Below, in pieces: positions 10,410-24,379 of a DNA stretch of 64,000 nucleotides. Positions within the stretch are counted from its first letter, which is position 1, and every line of letters starts with the position of its first letter. The stretch comes from Alloascoidea hylecoeti. Lineage: Eukaryota. The stretch spans positions 373,981 to 437,980 of the forward strand of contig BCKZ01000019.1 of NCBI GenBank assembly GCA_001600815.1, written 5' to 3'. The position numbers and the translations under genes were made by a program. Below the pieces are notes generated by a model that saw only the letters and a list, made by a program, of their open reading frames with translations, was not told the origin of the DNA and made no database searches.

Positions 10410-12590
10410 TTAATCAAAGATAGTATCAGCATTTTCGAAAAATACATCTGGTCTTGTGCAAGTACCAAGAGATCTTTTAGCATGACTATTCAATAATGTT
10501 AATCCGTAAGTATAACTTGCATTAACCCATCCAAATCCTTCTGTTGCAACTCCTTTAAAATCTGCTCCTTGATTTCCATATTCTGCATCCACTCTATGAG
10601 GATCAACTTCTCTTGTAACATCATATTTCTCAACAACTATACCATTATAATCAACAAATGCTTTTGTTATAAGATATAACCAACGATAAATAAGACGTTG
10701 AGCATCATCTCCATAACCATATTTAATTAATCCATTCCATGCTAAAATTTGTTGAGGTGCCCAACCATATGGATAATCCCATTGTCTATTTGGACGATTC
10801 AATCCAATTTCTCCTCTTGATTTTTCTGTACCTGCAACCAACCCACCAAACATTTCAAATTTTGGTAATGCAATATCCATTAATTTAACTGCTTGTCTTG
10901 GTGTTGCAACTCCTGCCCACATTGTCCAAAAAGTAGTTGCTGATTCATAATCTGATTGAATTTTTAATTCTGTATCATAATCAAAAAACATTCCTTCTTT
11001 TTCATTCCAACAATATTTATTTATATTATCACGTCTCTTTTTAGCTCTTCTATCCCATATAGCTGATTTTTCAATAATTGTTGAATCATCATCATCCATT
11101 GATAATTTATCATTAAATTGAGTTCTTATTGTATGTGCAATATCAATTTCATATTTATATAATAATGAATTTAAATCAATTGTTGCTAATCTTGCACATT
11201 TTTTTTCTAATCTATAACTTGTATCATGACCTGATTCTCTAACTGCTCTATCATTTAAAAAATAATCATCTAATACTGGTTCTTTTATAATACCATCATT
11301 ATATCTTTGTTGAAAAGTATTTAAATCAATACCATGTTTATCAGCATATGGTTGTAATAAATGAATAAAATGACTTGATTCAGTTTCTGGTGGTATACCT
11401 ATACCATCAGGCCTATATCTTGATAATCCTGAAATTGGATCTAATCTTGGTTCAGAACACCAAACTGTTTTATATTCTTTAATTGCTGCTCTAATTGATT
11501 TTTTTAAAAAAATTTTAGAATTTATTTCATCATGTTTAATTTTTTCATAAACTCTTAAAGCCATATCAGTTAAAAATGGTGGTTGTGAACGACATAAATA
11601 ATAACTTCTATTTGCATTTAAAATTTTTCCATAATGATTAATTTCAAATATAAAATGTTCAACCATACCTTTTGCTAAATCAATTTGATTATCAACTAAT
11701 AAACCAAGAGAAATCATATAAGAATCCCATCCATAAAATTCATTAAATCTACCACCTGGTACAACATATGGTATAGAACGTAAAGTTGTTTCACCAGTTG
11801 TTGGATCATGACATTTCCTCATTGCTAAAGCTAATAATCCAGGTTTATCATTAACTGATTTAACCCATTCAGGTGTAATATTTTTTGGTAAATATTCAAC
11901 TTCTAATTTAATATCAAAATTATTCCTTGATGCATTTAAAAAATATTCATATTGTTCTTTTTCATCATATGGTATATAAATTCTTGGATTATTACTTTTA
12001 GCTTTTGAATCAGTTGCTATTTTAATAATATTATTCGCATCAATATTTCTAATCAAATTATTTAAAAATTGATTTGTTATTAATCTTGATAATCTTTTAA
12101 CTGGATTTTCATTTAATCGCTCTTCACTTAAAATCATTGAATTTCTACCAAGTTTTTTTGCCATTGTTAATTCTTGTAATAAATTTGATAGCATATATGT
12201 GCCTCTTATATCAATTTTATTAAAACCATTTGAATTTGCTGTACCTAATTTTAAAACTTTTGGTCCCGAATCTTCAATTGTAATTTGAAAATTCTTATCA
12301 GTATCTTCTGTATCTAATAAATCTTTCAATGTTTCATCAACATCTGATATTAAAAAAGTTCTAGCATATTCACTTGCTTCCAAATCTTGTGAAGCTCTTC
12401 GACGTAGAAAATCAAGTGAATTGACATTTGTAACTCGACGATCAATAATTGACATTGTACGTGCTCTAGCAAGTTTACTGCCTTTTTTGGTGGTAGCTGG
12501 ATCCGTTTCTGGCCCATAATAAATCTCGGATGATGCAAATGGATCAATAAAACTTGAAGAAGACCTTCTTCTATTAATATTCATCGACAT
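10410..12590 (-). CDS. NTH1: Neutral trehalase (GH37)
   Basis: Ca-binding [44 protein letters not shown]; RRxS PKA sites in the N-terminus. Confidence 0.97.
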   Translation of the reverse strand: MSMNINRRRSSSSFIDPFASSEIYYGPETDPATTKKGSKLARARTMSIIDRRVTNVNSLDFLRRRASQDLEASEYARTFLISDVDETLKDLLDTEDTDKNFQITIEDSGPKVLKLGTANSNGFNKIDIRGTYMLSNLLQELTMAKKLGRNSMILSEERLNENPVKRLSRLITNQFLNNLIRNIDANNIIKIATDSKAKSNNPRIYIPYDEKEQYEYFLNASRNNFDIKLEVEYLPKNITPEWVKSVNDKPGLLALAMRKCHDPTTGETTLRSIPYVVPGGRFNEFYGWDSYMISLGLLVDNQIDLAKGMVEHFIFEINHYGKILNANRSYYLCRSQPPFLTDMALRVYEKIKHDEINSKIFLKKSIRAAIKEYKTVWCSEPRLDPISGLSRYRPDGIGIPPETESSHFIHLLQPYADKHGIDLNTFQQRYNDGIIKEPVLDDYFLNDRAVRESGHDTSYRLEKKCARLATIDLNSLLYKYEIDIAHTIRTQFNDKLSMDDDDSTIIEKSAIWDRRAKKRRDNINKYCWNEKEGMFFDYDTELKIQSDYESATTFWTMWAGVATPRQAVKLMDIALPKFEMFGGLVAGTEKSRGEIGLNRPNRQWDYPYGWAPQQILAWNGLIKYGYGDDAQRLIYRWLYLITKAFVDYNGIVVEKYDVTREVDPHRVDAEYGNQGADFKGVATEGFGWVNASYTYGLTLLNSHAKRSLGTCTRPDVFFENADTIFD

Positions 12591-12773
12591 TCTTATTCAA
12601 TTCAATTCCCGTAAAAATTATAAACCTACCCGTGTAAAAAATAATAAACCAATTCCTTTTTTTGTAATCAAAATAAAGTGGTGAAGATAAAAAACGGATG
12701 GATGATAATAATTACATCATTTATCGCATGACTCCGCGTATATCTCCGTCCGTATGTATATTTCAGTATTAAC

Positions 12774-12781
12774 CCGGGTAA
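12774..12781. promoter_or_regulatory. Reb1-type site in the NTH1/YRB1 divergent promoter
   Basis: Exact CCGGGTAA in the ~280-bp intergenic region. Confidence 0.55.
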
Positions 12782-12869
12782 CACTGTTTTCCTTTTTTGC
12801 ATTCCAAACACAAATCAAAAAAATCAATTCAGAAAAAAAAATTAGCAGTTGATAATTATTTTTTGAAAA

Positions 12870-13702
12870 ATGTCTGATTCTGATAACAAAACTCCAGTTG
12901 AAACTCCAAAAGATACTTCAAAAGAAGAACCTAAAAAGGAGGAAGCTAAAATAGATACTTCATCAAATGTATTTGCTTTATTTGGAGGAGGTGCACCAAA
13001 ACCTCAACCAGTTGCAGAGGTAAAGCCAGAAGAACAAAAAGAAGAAGAAAAAGCTGAAGAGGAAGAAGTTGACGTTCATTTTGAACCATTGGTTCATTTG
13101 GAAAAGGTTGATGTTAAGACAAATGAAGAAGATGAAGAAGTTTCTTTTAAAATGTATGTTAGTGTTTTTGTTGATGATCTGACCTTGATCTTTGTGGCGA
13201 TCATGGTGTTGTTCGTTTTTTTACCACCCGCATTTTATTGATTCAATGATTTATAAATACTAACAAATTAATTTTTTTCGATGATTATAGAAGAGCCAAA
13301 TTATTCCGTTATGATGCTGCTGCCAAAGAATGGAAAGAACGAGGAACTGGTGATGTTAAATTCTTAAAACACAAAACCACACACAAGGTCAGACTCGTTA
13401 TGCGCAGAGATAAAACTTTGAAAATTTGTGCCAATCATTATAGTATGTATTTATTATTATTCTTATTTTTTATTATTTATTATTCATTAACTAATAATTT
13501 TTATTTTTAAGTTTCTCCTGATTATGAATTGAAACCAAATGTGGGAAGTGACCGTTCTTGGGTTTATACTGTTACTGCTGATATTTCAGAAGGTGAACCA
13601 GAAGCACAAACTCTTGCTATTCGTTTCGGTAACAGTGATAATGCTAAGAAATTTAAGGAGAACTTTGAAGAAGCTCAAAAATCAAATAATAAAGCAAATT
13701 AA
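12870..13702 (+). CDS. YRB1: Ran-binding protein 1, 3 exons
   Basis: Exons 12870-13153, 13291-13442, 13512-13702; GTATGT donors, TACTAAC and AACTAAT branch sites. The spliced product has [43 protein letters not shown] and LAIRFGN. Confidence 0.95.
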
Positions 13703-16700
13703 ATTGCAAATTAAATTGCAAATCTTCAAATTAATTAACGAAAACGAAAATCAAAATTAAACATCAAAAATTGAAAATTGAAAATCCTCATATTTATCAG
13801 TATATATTAATAGCTATAAATATAGAATACAAATATGAAAACTGAAAGAAAAATGTTATCTTCTTGAATGTTATAATTATTTAAATTCTATATTTATCTC
13901 GTTATCCTTTGTTCTACGTGTCGTTAGTTTTTTGATTGAATAATATTAGAAACAAACCAAAACAGGAATTTCTTAATTGCAAACTCACCTACACCAACCA
14001 TTAAATAGTTATATAGTTTTTAATAAATTTTAAGTCTTAACAATTGCAATATTAATATTAATATTAATATTGTTACTAATAATTGCCTAAACCTAAGCCT
14101 TAAATCTAGTTTAACGTTTACCTTGGCCAACTCGCAATTATATTCATCTTTCAAACAAGTGGTTTAATGAAAGACCGAAAGCTAATATTGATCTATTAAC
14201 GGCTTTAATACATTTCTTTTTAGCTAAAAAGAAATCGGAGTAAAGATGCACATGTTGATTCTCGATCAATGATCATATACATTTGCCATATAGCCGTCAC
14301 GGATATATCATATGTTGTATTTATATTACTGTGTCGTAGCCTGAATACACTTATTTTAATCAATTAATTGTATAAACATTTTTGTTAATTTAATAATCTT
14401 TAAATTTTGGAGTGCATGTATTATAATGAGGAATATTAATAGTGTAATTATTAACTACTAACTACTAACTAGTGCTAGAGTTGCAATTACTGACTCGTTC
14501 AATTATAATATCGTATAGATAAAATTTATTTGACCCTATAATAGTCATAGCTTCGGCTAGATTCAACTAAATCTTTAAATTTGTAGTCTCAATTGCAATT
14601 AATTTGGTAATATTAAGCATTAGTATTAATATTTATCTTATCAACATACACTGTATAAATGGGCCTATCTCGCGGCTCTCTCGCCTTTATTTTACCGCCG
14701 GATTTAACTAAACCAGTATTGGTGAGGAGGAGTATTAATAATTAAACAAGATCTAACTCCATGATCATGATATATAAGCATAGCCATAGCCATGGGAAAT
14801 GTTAACAGATCTTTAACATCTTAAACGGTAATTATAATAATCATGTTCAATATCAATATAATTCAATGAATTGGTAACTTTTATACTTTTTACCCAGAAT
14901 TGAAAACAGAATGAATTGGTCGCATGCAACAAATGACATTGGTTCCATTCGCATAATCTTTTTATCGTCAAAAATGTTGTGTCTGTATCTTTTCTCTCTT
15001 TAAGTCAATATTGTTACAACTTCTTATTCATTTAACATATAATATGTATAAAATTAAAAAAAAATAATCCAAATAGATTTCAATTACAATAACTAATCAA
15101 CTAAATCACTCATCCCGTTTCAAGATTATTACAATATTTGTTTATATTTTCCTCCTGGATCGGAATGGAATAGTTCGAATTTGGGATTGAGAGTTTTCGT
15201 GGGGATTCGAAGATATATAATATAAAAAGAGGAGAGAAATAGCAAGATGTTAATTGGATACAATTTCCCCCTATATTGGCTCTCAATCTTTTATTTTCAG
15301 TTCAAAGTTGGAGTTTCATCTTCCTTTTTACTCAGTTTCTAATGCTGCTTATCTCAAGTACAATAATTTCCTCTTTCCATGACATCACCGACTGCGGGAT
15401 TTTCTTTGAGTATCTTTTCCTTGCTTCTATCAGCTTTACTTTACTGTTTCATTTTCATTTTGTTTTTTCAAGAGCTCTGGCTCTCAAGGGTAACAATTGA
15501 ACCGTTTAAGTTGGTCTCTCGTTGTAAACTCTAAATTTAAAATAGGTCTTGCATCTTACGCATAGTATGCATATTGTGAGTTTTAGGCCATTCTCACCAA
15601 TATATGTTTCTATTTGACACTATTAAAAAAACTTCATTAATTTCTAAAATGATTCAAATTTTTTTTAATTATCAAAAGAATGAACAAACGAAGAGGAAAA
15701 AATTGATGGAATATTAAGTGTTCGTCTTCTAAATACAGTTGTTGTTCATAGATAAACTGATCATGATGCAGTTTTCATCAATTTCATTTTAGAAGGGTGA
15801 AACTAATCAATATAGAATTATCTTTGATTTAAATTTTTTACACAGATTTTATTGAAATGATTTAAAATGTTGTAAATTTTTTTTAATTAATTAGAATATA
15901 TATTATAAACTAATAAGTGATAACATTAATACAATTATTTATAAAAAAAACTGTAATGATAAGAGAATAAGATTAACTATACGACTGGAAAAAAGAGATA
16001 AAAGCTTAAAGACAATATTGCAAGACACGTCCACGAAATTTTTTTTTAGAGAGGAAATAGTTTATACTTGATTATGATTTTATCATGATAAATGATGACT
16101 TTTTTTTATTTCAATTAATATAAAATGACAAAATTGCATTTTTAACGATTATTTATTTTCTGTGCTAATGATAAATATATAATTTTCAAAAGAAGAGGAC
16201 AACTAAAAAAGAGATTTTTTTTTTTAACACATTTTTATATAACAATTGGAATTTAAAATTAAAATTGGAATTAAAATTAGAATTGGAATTGGGGAAAGGA
16301 AAAAAAATGAAAATGAAATTTATATTATGAAATGAAATGAAATGCGGAGATATATAATGAGGTCAAAAAGTATAAATGCAATAAATACATTAATTATAAA
16401 AAAGTGAAATCTTTTCTTTTTCTTTTTTGAAAAAGATCAAAAACAAGGACAAGGACGAGATACGAAAGTTTAAGAAACAAGGTGAGGATATGAGGAGAGA
16501 GAGAACAAAATCATAAAAGTCAGTTAAGTATAGTTTAATAATAGAACGCAGAAAAGATGAAAGATAAAACATAATCCAAAGCCTTTTTTATATTTTAGCA
16601 GAGATATTCATCATGATAAAAAAAAAAAAAACTTTATAATAAAAATGACAAACTTTTTTTGTCTTATTTCTTAAATGTTTGATGGCAGATGAGATGAAAT

Positions 16701-16831
16701 TGTATAAAAGATTTATCAAATATACCAATTAAAGAGTAAGTTGTCGATTTTGTTAAAAGTTGGTATGGGTATAAAATATATATATAAAAAAGAAACTTCA
16801 TAATATTGTCTGAACGAAACCAGAAAGATGA

Positions 16832-18859
16832 TCATATAGATTCAACTGAAGAGGAATAATAATCACCAAAAACACCCCAATGAAATTTAGCCAAAGTACC
16901 AATCTTACCATTTAAAAGAATAATATCTTCTAAAACTTCATTCATAACCATAAGTTTTTCATTATTTTTATTTGTTGATCCTTGTACAGTAGATGTTGAA
17001 TCTTTTGATTTTATATCACCAAAGATTAAAGTCTTTATACCACCTAAAGTTCTTGACTCAAAAATTTTATATAAATCTGAAGTTGGTTGAGTTTGTTTTA
17101 ATAACCAATTATAACTAAAATCAATTAAATTTTCAGGTAATGAACTTTTTAAATCATGAGAATCAGTTTGAACAGTTTTTGAAACTAATTGTATAGCAAT
17201 ATTATTTAAATTTCTTGTCCATTTAATATTACCATTTTCATCAACTATTAAAGCTAAAATATCTTTTCTTAACTCTAATAATTTTTCAGAATTTGTTTGA
17301 CTTTGAAAAACAGTTTTATTTCCTTGATGAAAAATCATATTTAATTGTCGATATAACGTTAGACATAATTGTAAACAAACAACTTGACGAACTTCTGCTC
17401 TTAATAATACTAAGCGTGTATGATCAAAAACAAATGAAGATGGGAATTCAGAGACAACTTTCCTGCATGATAATAAATCACCAATACCATCAAGTAAAAC
17501 AAATTGTAAATCATGATCTTGACTATATGATCGAGTTTGTTGTTGTTTTTGTTCATTATCTATTTTTTGTCTTTCTTTAAATACTAATGATTGTTTATAT
17601 TTATCTTGAAACCAATCAATAGCATCTTTTAAATGTGATTTATCTTTTAATAAAAGTTTATCAAAATAATCTCTTTCAAATTCAGTTGCAGTTTCTACCA
17701 AAATAGCACGTAACATTCTAATTTGATGATTTGCAATATCTAATTTCATCGCTTCTAAAATTGCAAATACCATTCTAAGACTATCGACGATTTGAACAAC
17801 AGATTTATTTTCAACGGCTGCTTCGAAATTTTCAGACATTTCATCTATCCAAGCATCTCTCATTGGTGCACAATGATGTTTTAATATTGTGGCCAGGTAT
17901 GAAGATAGTGGTAATAATGGAGCGGGAGATTTAGTGTGTAATAGTTGTTGTAGCAATAAATCAGTATCCAGCACATCACCCACATCAACTTTATCCTTTT
18001 CTGGTAATAAAGAAATTAAAATCCCTTTTAAGGTTGAAAATAATGAAGGTAAACGAGAAGAAAGGGGATTTAAAGATGTTAATTTTGAAGCATACAAATC
18101 AGTAATTTCTTGTTGAATAACATCCCAATATTTATCAACTTGTAATTTCTTCTTTTTACCTCTTTCACCGTCTAAATTTGGACGGAACTGTAACTGTGGA
18201 TCGAATAAAATATCATGCCTTAGTTGAGGATTTTTCAGGATCTCCGAAAGATCAATTTCACGTAAAGATGTCAGGTTTACAGGAGGTTGGATCTGCACAT
18301 GAGGAGCGATAAGCGTCGTCGTCATGGGGCTAGGAGAGTGACTGAGTGTTACCCGGTTGTGGACAGAATGGACAGAATGGGAATGTGCCGATGGCGATCC
18401 GACAAATCGCCTGGATTGGGAACTTCGTCTTCTGTGATGTAAATAAATATTAGGAAGAGATCTTGATCTAAATCTTCGTTGGATATCGTGTTGGAGAGAA
18501 GACTGTATGGGTAGGGGGCAAGGAGAAGGCGAAGGGGCAGGCGAGGGTAAGGCGATCTGATCGTGCACATTTGGTTTTGTTTTCAGTGAAGTATTAACCT
18601 TTGGCAAAGAGGTTTTAGCTTTGACAGACTTTGAAGTAGTTAAAGGAGTTGAAGGACTTGTCTTTTGGATTTTTATATTCTGCTGAAGATCCATTTCCAT
18701 TTCTATGTGTTGTTCCATATGGTCCATTTCCATTTCAATGTCCATATCCATTTCCATTTCTAGTCGTACGCGTTTGTTGGAGTCAAAGAACTGTTGGGAC
18801 TGAGGCTGAGGACCAGAGACGTCCTGTTTTTCAGATTTGTTGTTGATAGGAGAGTTCAT
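16832..18859 (-). CDS. SOK1: Sok1 / TCP11-family protein
   Basis: PPVNLTSLREIDLSEILKNPQLRHDILFDPQLQFRPNLDGERG, HCAPMRD, LEAMKLDIANHQIR. The start is probably MNSP at 18859; the frame stays open upstream to 19012. Confidence 0.9.
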   Translation of the reverse strand: MNSPINNKSEKQDVSGPQPQSQQFFDSNKRVRLEMEMDMDIEMEMDHMEQHIEMEMDLQQNIKIQKTSPSTPLTTSKSVKAKTSLPKVNTSLKTKPNVHDQIALPSPAPSPSPCPLPIQSSLQHDIQRRFRSRSLPNIYLHHRRRSSQSRRFVGSPSAHSHSVHSVHNRVTLSHSPSPMTTTLIAPHVQIQPPVNLTSLREIDLSEILKNPQLRHDILFDPQLQFRPNLDGERGKKKKLQVDKYWDVIQQEITDLYASKLTSLNPLSSRLPSLFSTLKGILISLLPEKDKVDVGDVLDTDLLLQQLLHTKSPAPLLPLSSYLATILKHHCAPMRDAWIDEMSENFEAAVENKSVVQIVDSLRMVFAILEAMKLDIANHQIRMLRAILVETATEFERDYFDKLLLKDKSHLKDAIDWFQDKYKQSLVFKERQKIDNEQKQQQTRSYSQDHDLQFVLLDGIGDLLSCRKVVSEFPSSFVFDHTRLVLLRAEVRQVVCLQLCLTLYRQLNMIFHQGNKTVFQSQTNSEKLLELRKDILALIVDENGNIKWTRNLNNIAIQLVSKTVQTDSHDLKSSLPENLIDFSYNWLLKQTQPTSDLYKIFESRTLGGIKTLIFGDIKSKDSTSTVQGSTNKNNEKLMVMNEVLEDIILLNGKIGTLAKFHWGVFGDYYSSSVESI

Positions 18860-21729
18860 ATTTGGGAAAAGGAGGTGAAAAAGGAGGTGAAAAGACAGAA
18901 AGAAAGGGGACTGTTTTGTATTTGAAATAGGAAAAGCCCTCATCCAATCACCCGGTGGAGGAATCAGCCAATGTATGCATGTGCTCATGCAGAAATGCCT
19001 ATTCGGAGCCATATGTGTTTACCATGCATCCCTCTGCATCCGGCCTGCAGACTTTAGTCCCCAAAACCGATTTTTAACCTCAAACTTGCGTGTCGCCCAT
19101 GGTTTTAATAAATTTTTATTTTTTCTATTTCTCGAAGTTAGTCTGCGGTTCAAGGGAACCTTGTTCCTAATCAAGTTTAACTCATCATCTATTCTCAATT
19201 TGGAGTCTTGTGAGCTCCCGCGACCCCTTACTGACGTCGGGGAATCTCCCGATATCCCTTTGGGTATACCCCCGTTCGGGTCTATGCTACACTGGCCGGA
19301 CAGTGCCATAAACACCATACCATACTAACTACGCATACTCCTACAATAGTCAGCTCAGCATTCTATCATTTCATGACTGTTTCAAATGGGGACATGAAGG
19401 TTTCGTCAAGTCGGTTATATCAGAGAACTCACGTGGGATGCATATGCATATGTAGATATGATTATAAACCACCCAATGTAGGTATCTGCCTGTCTTTGAT
19501 GCTGAATTGATTATATCTGCATCTGCAAATGAGGAAATGGGGAAATGAGAAATTATAAGTTTCTGCTTAAAACCATGTCAAAAGATCAATTAAGCAGCCT
19601 GAGAATATGAGAATATATTGTAATTGGTGATGGTTAAGCTTATTGCCTTAAATAAAGAGGATCGTATATTTTGTAAATTATTTCAAATATCTTCGTTGCT
19701 GAAGAATATTTAAATTTAAATTACTGGTATGTAATTATAATAATAAGGATAAATGGATGTAACTTGTCTTGATCATGAATTACAGATTTAAGGTGATTAA
19801 CATTTATGACGGTGAAATATTTTTGTTTTGTTAAAATTACTTTGCAAAATTAATTGTCCATTTTTTTTCTCACTCGTAATTAATATTTCTGTCCTCGGAT
19901 CCAAAATTTTCATTACCTAACCGAAGAGTAATGACTATCCCGCGGTAAATTTGCAACTAACATTATAAGGACTGATAACCGAGTGATAACTAGTTAACAG
20001 TTATAAATATATATAATGAAATCGGTATTATATTTAAAATCAACCACAGTTATAAATCCTTGCTATTAGAATCGAAAGTGCTTTTGATAACTATAAGACA
20101 CAATTAATAATATTCACTTGGTTGGGATAACGGATGATTAACATTATTATTAATAGAGATAAAAAGAAATGATATATTAATAATAATAATGATAATAAAT
20201 AAATTTTTCGCTCATTAATTTTTTTCACATCTGCATGATCAGAAAATTAATATTTCATTTTTAATTCTGTCCTCCTTGAAATGTCTGCAATTGTGCATAC
20301 TTCTATTTATATATATAATTTATTGATCATGTGACCAAAAACATTATTGATTCATACAGATTTTAAGTTCTAACTAGGAAAAGATTTCCCAAACAAATAT
20401 AAACTTACTTTAATTTATCATTATAATTAAAATTAAATGCTAGCATCTAGGAGTTCGAAAAGTACATTATAACGGTACAAGTGAAGTACAATATTTCTTA
20501 CAATTGTAGAACGATAGAAGACATAATAAAACTTTTTTGTGGGGTTTAATTATCAAGTTGTACACAATAAAGAATGAAGGCCGTTGTGACTAATATGGTA
20601 TATATACGGGTAGTAACTTAAAAGTCAGTTTTAGTCCTTCTGTAGCGTCATTACTATTCTTAACTTAGCTAGTAGAATATGGCCATTTATATAAGAATAG
20701 ACTTACATAATTGGGGATGGTTGTATTTAGTATTAATAAGTTTATCTCCTAGTGTAATAATGGCGACATTTGGCATATATGTTAATTGCTAGGAAAAGTG
20801 ACAATTTCTAGCAATTAACAATATACATTCATTTGCTTGGCAGATCACTTTAGTTCTATTTCACTTTATGGCGGTGGAAAAAGTTCTTATAGTCGCAGTT
20901 GTTGCTCTAGATCTTTAATTATGTTTAACCTTTAGATCTAAATTTCCTTCAGTTATTATACGACTTGGTAAGTTCATATGGCACACTTGAGCAGTTCACA
21001 GAAGGTCAATTGGCTTTTTGGTGTAACGACAAGATACAGGCCAGGATCAGAATTATATTTTTGAATCTTGAATCAGTTATTAGTATCCATTGCCAATATA
21101 CATCTATAATTATATATTGTGCAGTATACGGCCGCGGTGTATACCTATAGTCAAGACTCAATATATAGTATAAGCCTTATAAGATTGATAAGATTATTCC
21201 CTCGATAATCGATATACATCACGCTACAACAGTAATATTATTATCGATAGATAGTATAAGTTATGTATCGGCTGGCTTCTATTTATGTATGGACGCATAC
21301 AACTTACACTACATGATATACATATAAAACTTTATATAGAAAAATTAGAGTAATTTCAAATTTCAAATGTACAAATATTATTCGATGGATCGATATTGAT
21401 TTTTAATTACAAATTATATACAACTGCATTAATTAATTTATTTTTATCAATAACAACAAGAATAATATATAGATACTTATAGGCCTATATCGCAGAAACT
21501 CTATCGGTAATGAAGTCCAGTTTTGACACAGCCTAAAACTTATAATTATGGATTTTGCCGCGGCCTCATTTACGTAAAGCGGCAAATGCAATATACACAC
21601 GTAGTTATTTATATACATAATTAAAAATGACAGCTGCATACTGTATACTGCTACCTATGGAATTATTAAATTTTTCATCAATGGTAAATTGGTAACAAAC
21701 ATTGGTTCAACTTAATTTAGTCCATTCTA

Positions 21730-23100
21730 TTTACTAGCCATCAGCATTTTCCATAACTAGTTTTCGGCCCATTATTACCTTTAATATGCACTGCAGGGAA
21801 GCATTTGGCCTAAAGGTTATTTCACCAGTATAGCCGAATGTTTATTCCAACTGATGGCCGAAATTAAGTAGAATAAATGTTTGAACACTCCTTATAATTT
21901 AGTAAATTTTAGTGACATACAGTTCAACTTCAATTTAAGAGATATAAAATTAGCTATAATATATTGAACCTAAGTTCATTTAAAAAGTACATAATTTCTT
22001 TATATATATTGCATTTCAACCTTAATCTATAGCTATTCCAACCCTAGGATCACCCGTATGTAGGCCTCGTACACACTCAATTAGAAGCTGCGAAATTCTC
22101 TTAGTTTTGGCATACTCTCAGTCAGGTTAACTGTGTACATAATACTACACATGGTTATAAAGCGGAACTCAGTTGAAAAACTGTTACTAATTGAAATGAT
22201 TTGAAATAATGACTTACTCAATAATACTCAATGCATTACTCATACATGTTCTTTGTGCAAAGTTTCTTTAATCGTAAAAAAAAAACAGGAAATCCACCTG
22301 GTTTTGTGATCGATGAATTGTCAGTTAACTTTGTAAAACCATTCAGTCATATTTTCTATTTGATTTGAATGAATTGATAAAACCTCTAACTAACATCTAT
22401 ATCTTTTCATGAGTTGGTTCTAAACTCAGTTACGAAATGGAAGATAACAATGCTAAGTACGCCAATCTAAATATAACTAAAAAGAGTGTAGATACTTTTA
22501 TAGGAGATACACAATTGCAATCTTTCGCAGGAAGTCAGATATTAACTTTACGATAAATGTTAATCCTTAGGAATAAGCCATTTTTGTGTAAAGAATTAGT
22601 TAGATTTACGTAAAGTCTTATATAAACTTCCGGATAAATGATAACTCATATTCGATAAACCTAGGGTCCATAGAATTCATGCGTAGTGAACTGTTTAGAA
22701 CTTTAGATTGATACATCATGATCAATACATGTATTACAAGGGATATAATACATCTACAAGGATAAGCTTGACAGTTGGTAGATATTAGATATTATATTAG
22801 ATAATGAGTTTCGGGAATAGGGTTAACGTTGAAAAATACGGAAAATAAACATTGGTTTATTTAGCATACTATAAGTTATATATCCTTGAAAAAGGTTAGG
22901 CCACTTTGTAAGGCTACTAAGGCACTCTTCGGTGACAATTTCGGTAGGTGCAAGGAATTGTATTGGTCGGGAAATTATGGATGCTAATGGGAAACATTCG
23001 GTAAATGGCACAGCAATTATCAGGATTCCGGCTGACTGATAGGCATGATGAACTTGGTATCGATGGCTATGACTCCTAAGAGCTCGAGTGTTAACAAGGA
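21730..23100 (-). mobile_element. Highly decayed Ty3/gypsy pol relic (RT-RNase H)
   Basis: Minus-strand fragments in the expected order: NPIPETHYLI (YPLP-like, ~22820), GLTFIVKLISDFLRKIAIVYL (PFGL..VYLDD-like, ~22570-22505), QVDFL (~22290), VHIKG..NADG (NADALSR-like, ~21790-21740). Many stops and frameshifts. Confidence 0.45.
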
Positions 23101-23734
23101 AAGATAAATTTAAAGTAGTTGCTAGATATTAGTAGATAGATAGATCAACAAATTTTTGAAGTTAGGGTAAAGGAACCAGTAACATTTCAGTGTAGCAATT
23201 AAATAGGAACAGTTTTACTTTTCTCCGCGTTTATTTAATCTCTTTGGCTCTTTCACCTGGTAAAGAAATATTGGAATCTCTTTCATGGATATCATGTTCA
23301 ACAACTTGACAACAAGTATTTAATTTTATCCATAGCAAGTAACAAATATTTCTTTTAGAGCCATATGTTTCGTAGATTTAAAAACATTAATCCGTCATAT
23401 TTAGGTAGAATATATTCGTAGAAAATTCAATAATTGGCCACAATAAAAGCGATTTTGAAGAGATACACTAAACATTACTGCCAAATTTATTTACTCATTT
23501 GAGGCAAGCTCTAGATCTTTAAATTTTAACTAATATGAAGAAACTGTTCTTGTTATCAAAAATACACTGTAATTTTTTTTTCAATTTTAATCATTTAGCC
23601 GATTATTAGAGTTGGTATAACTAATCCTTACTATTATACAAAGTTTAAGGTAGGTTATTTCTAATACATCGGGATGGATCAAGGAAGAAACTGTCATCTG
23701 CTGCGATCTTAATCATATTATGTCAATTTAGTAT

Positions 23735-23771
23735 CTATCTCTATCTCTATCTCTATCTCTATCTCTATCTC
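23735..23771. repeat. (CTATCT)n microsatellite, about 6 copies
   Basis: Directly visible tandem hexamer. Confidence 0.9.
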
Positions 23772-24379
23772 ATATTAATCGGCTGAATGACTAGGATAAA
23801 GAAATTAGTTTATCTTGGGTCTTGATGAAAACGGATTTTTCAAATTGACTAAATGAGTTTGTTTCAACTTAAATGCGTTTAATTCGTCTCAATCTATTAA
23901 ATACGTTTTTATTTATAAGCTGATTAACATTTGTGTTTTAAGTAGTATTAATATGTAGTTAAGAATGACTTTGCAACTTGTATTTATATATTATTTTTCA
24001 CTAATATTATCACGTGGGATAATTAAGATATGACACTAGCTAACTTCACACCGGTAGTAAGTTGATGCCCCTCCAAAAACAATCCATCTTTTTAAATATA
24101 CCATAAAATGACCCTTATAAGATTTCGGGCAACAGTAATTCTAAAGAAAAATTATAACCAGAGAAGCGGACTGAAATTTGTAATCTGAATTGGGAGCCGA
24201 GCTATTTCCGAACGCCTCGAACGCTAAAAAAAAATTGGCTGATGCGCGGTCTAATATAGACTGAAATTTGGAAAGGAATTCGTACTAAACCATATAGAGT
24301 GGTGGGCGATTCTAATGACAGAAAAAAGGGAGCCGCTTCACTTTCCTAGATATAACTTCTGGAAGAGGTCTTTGATGAT

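Noticed and set aside
13154..13290. Possible intronic C/D snoRNA in YRB1 intron 1 (TGATGA present)
   Set aside because: No appropriately placed terminal CTGA box or recognisable rRNA guide.
13703..16831. 3-kb gap between convergent YRB1 and SOK1, including ORF 15276-15500
   Set aside because: No credible coding frame, splice pattern or RNA motif found by eye; a ncRNA cannot be excluded without an Rfam scan.
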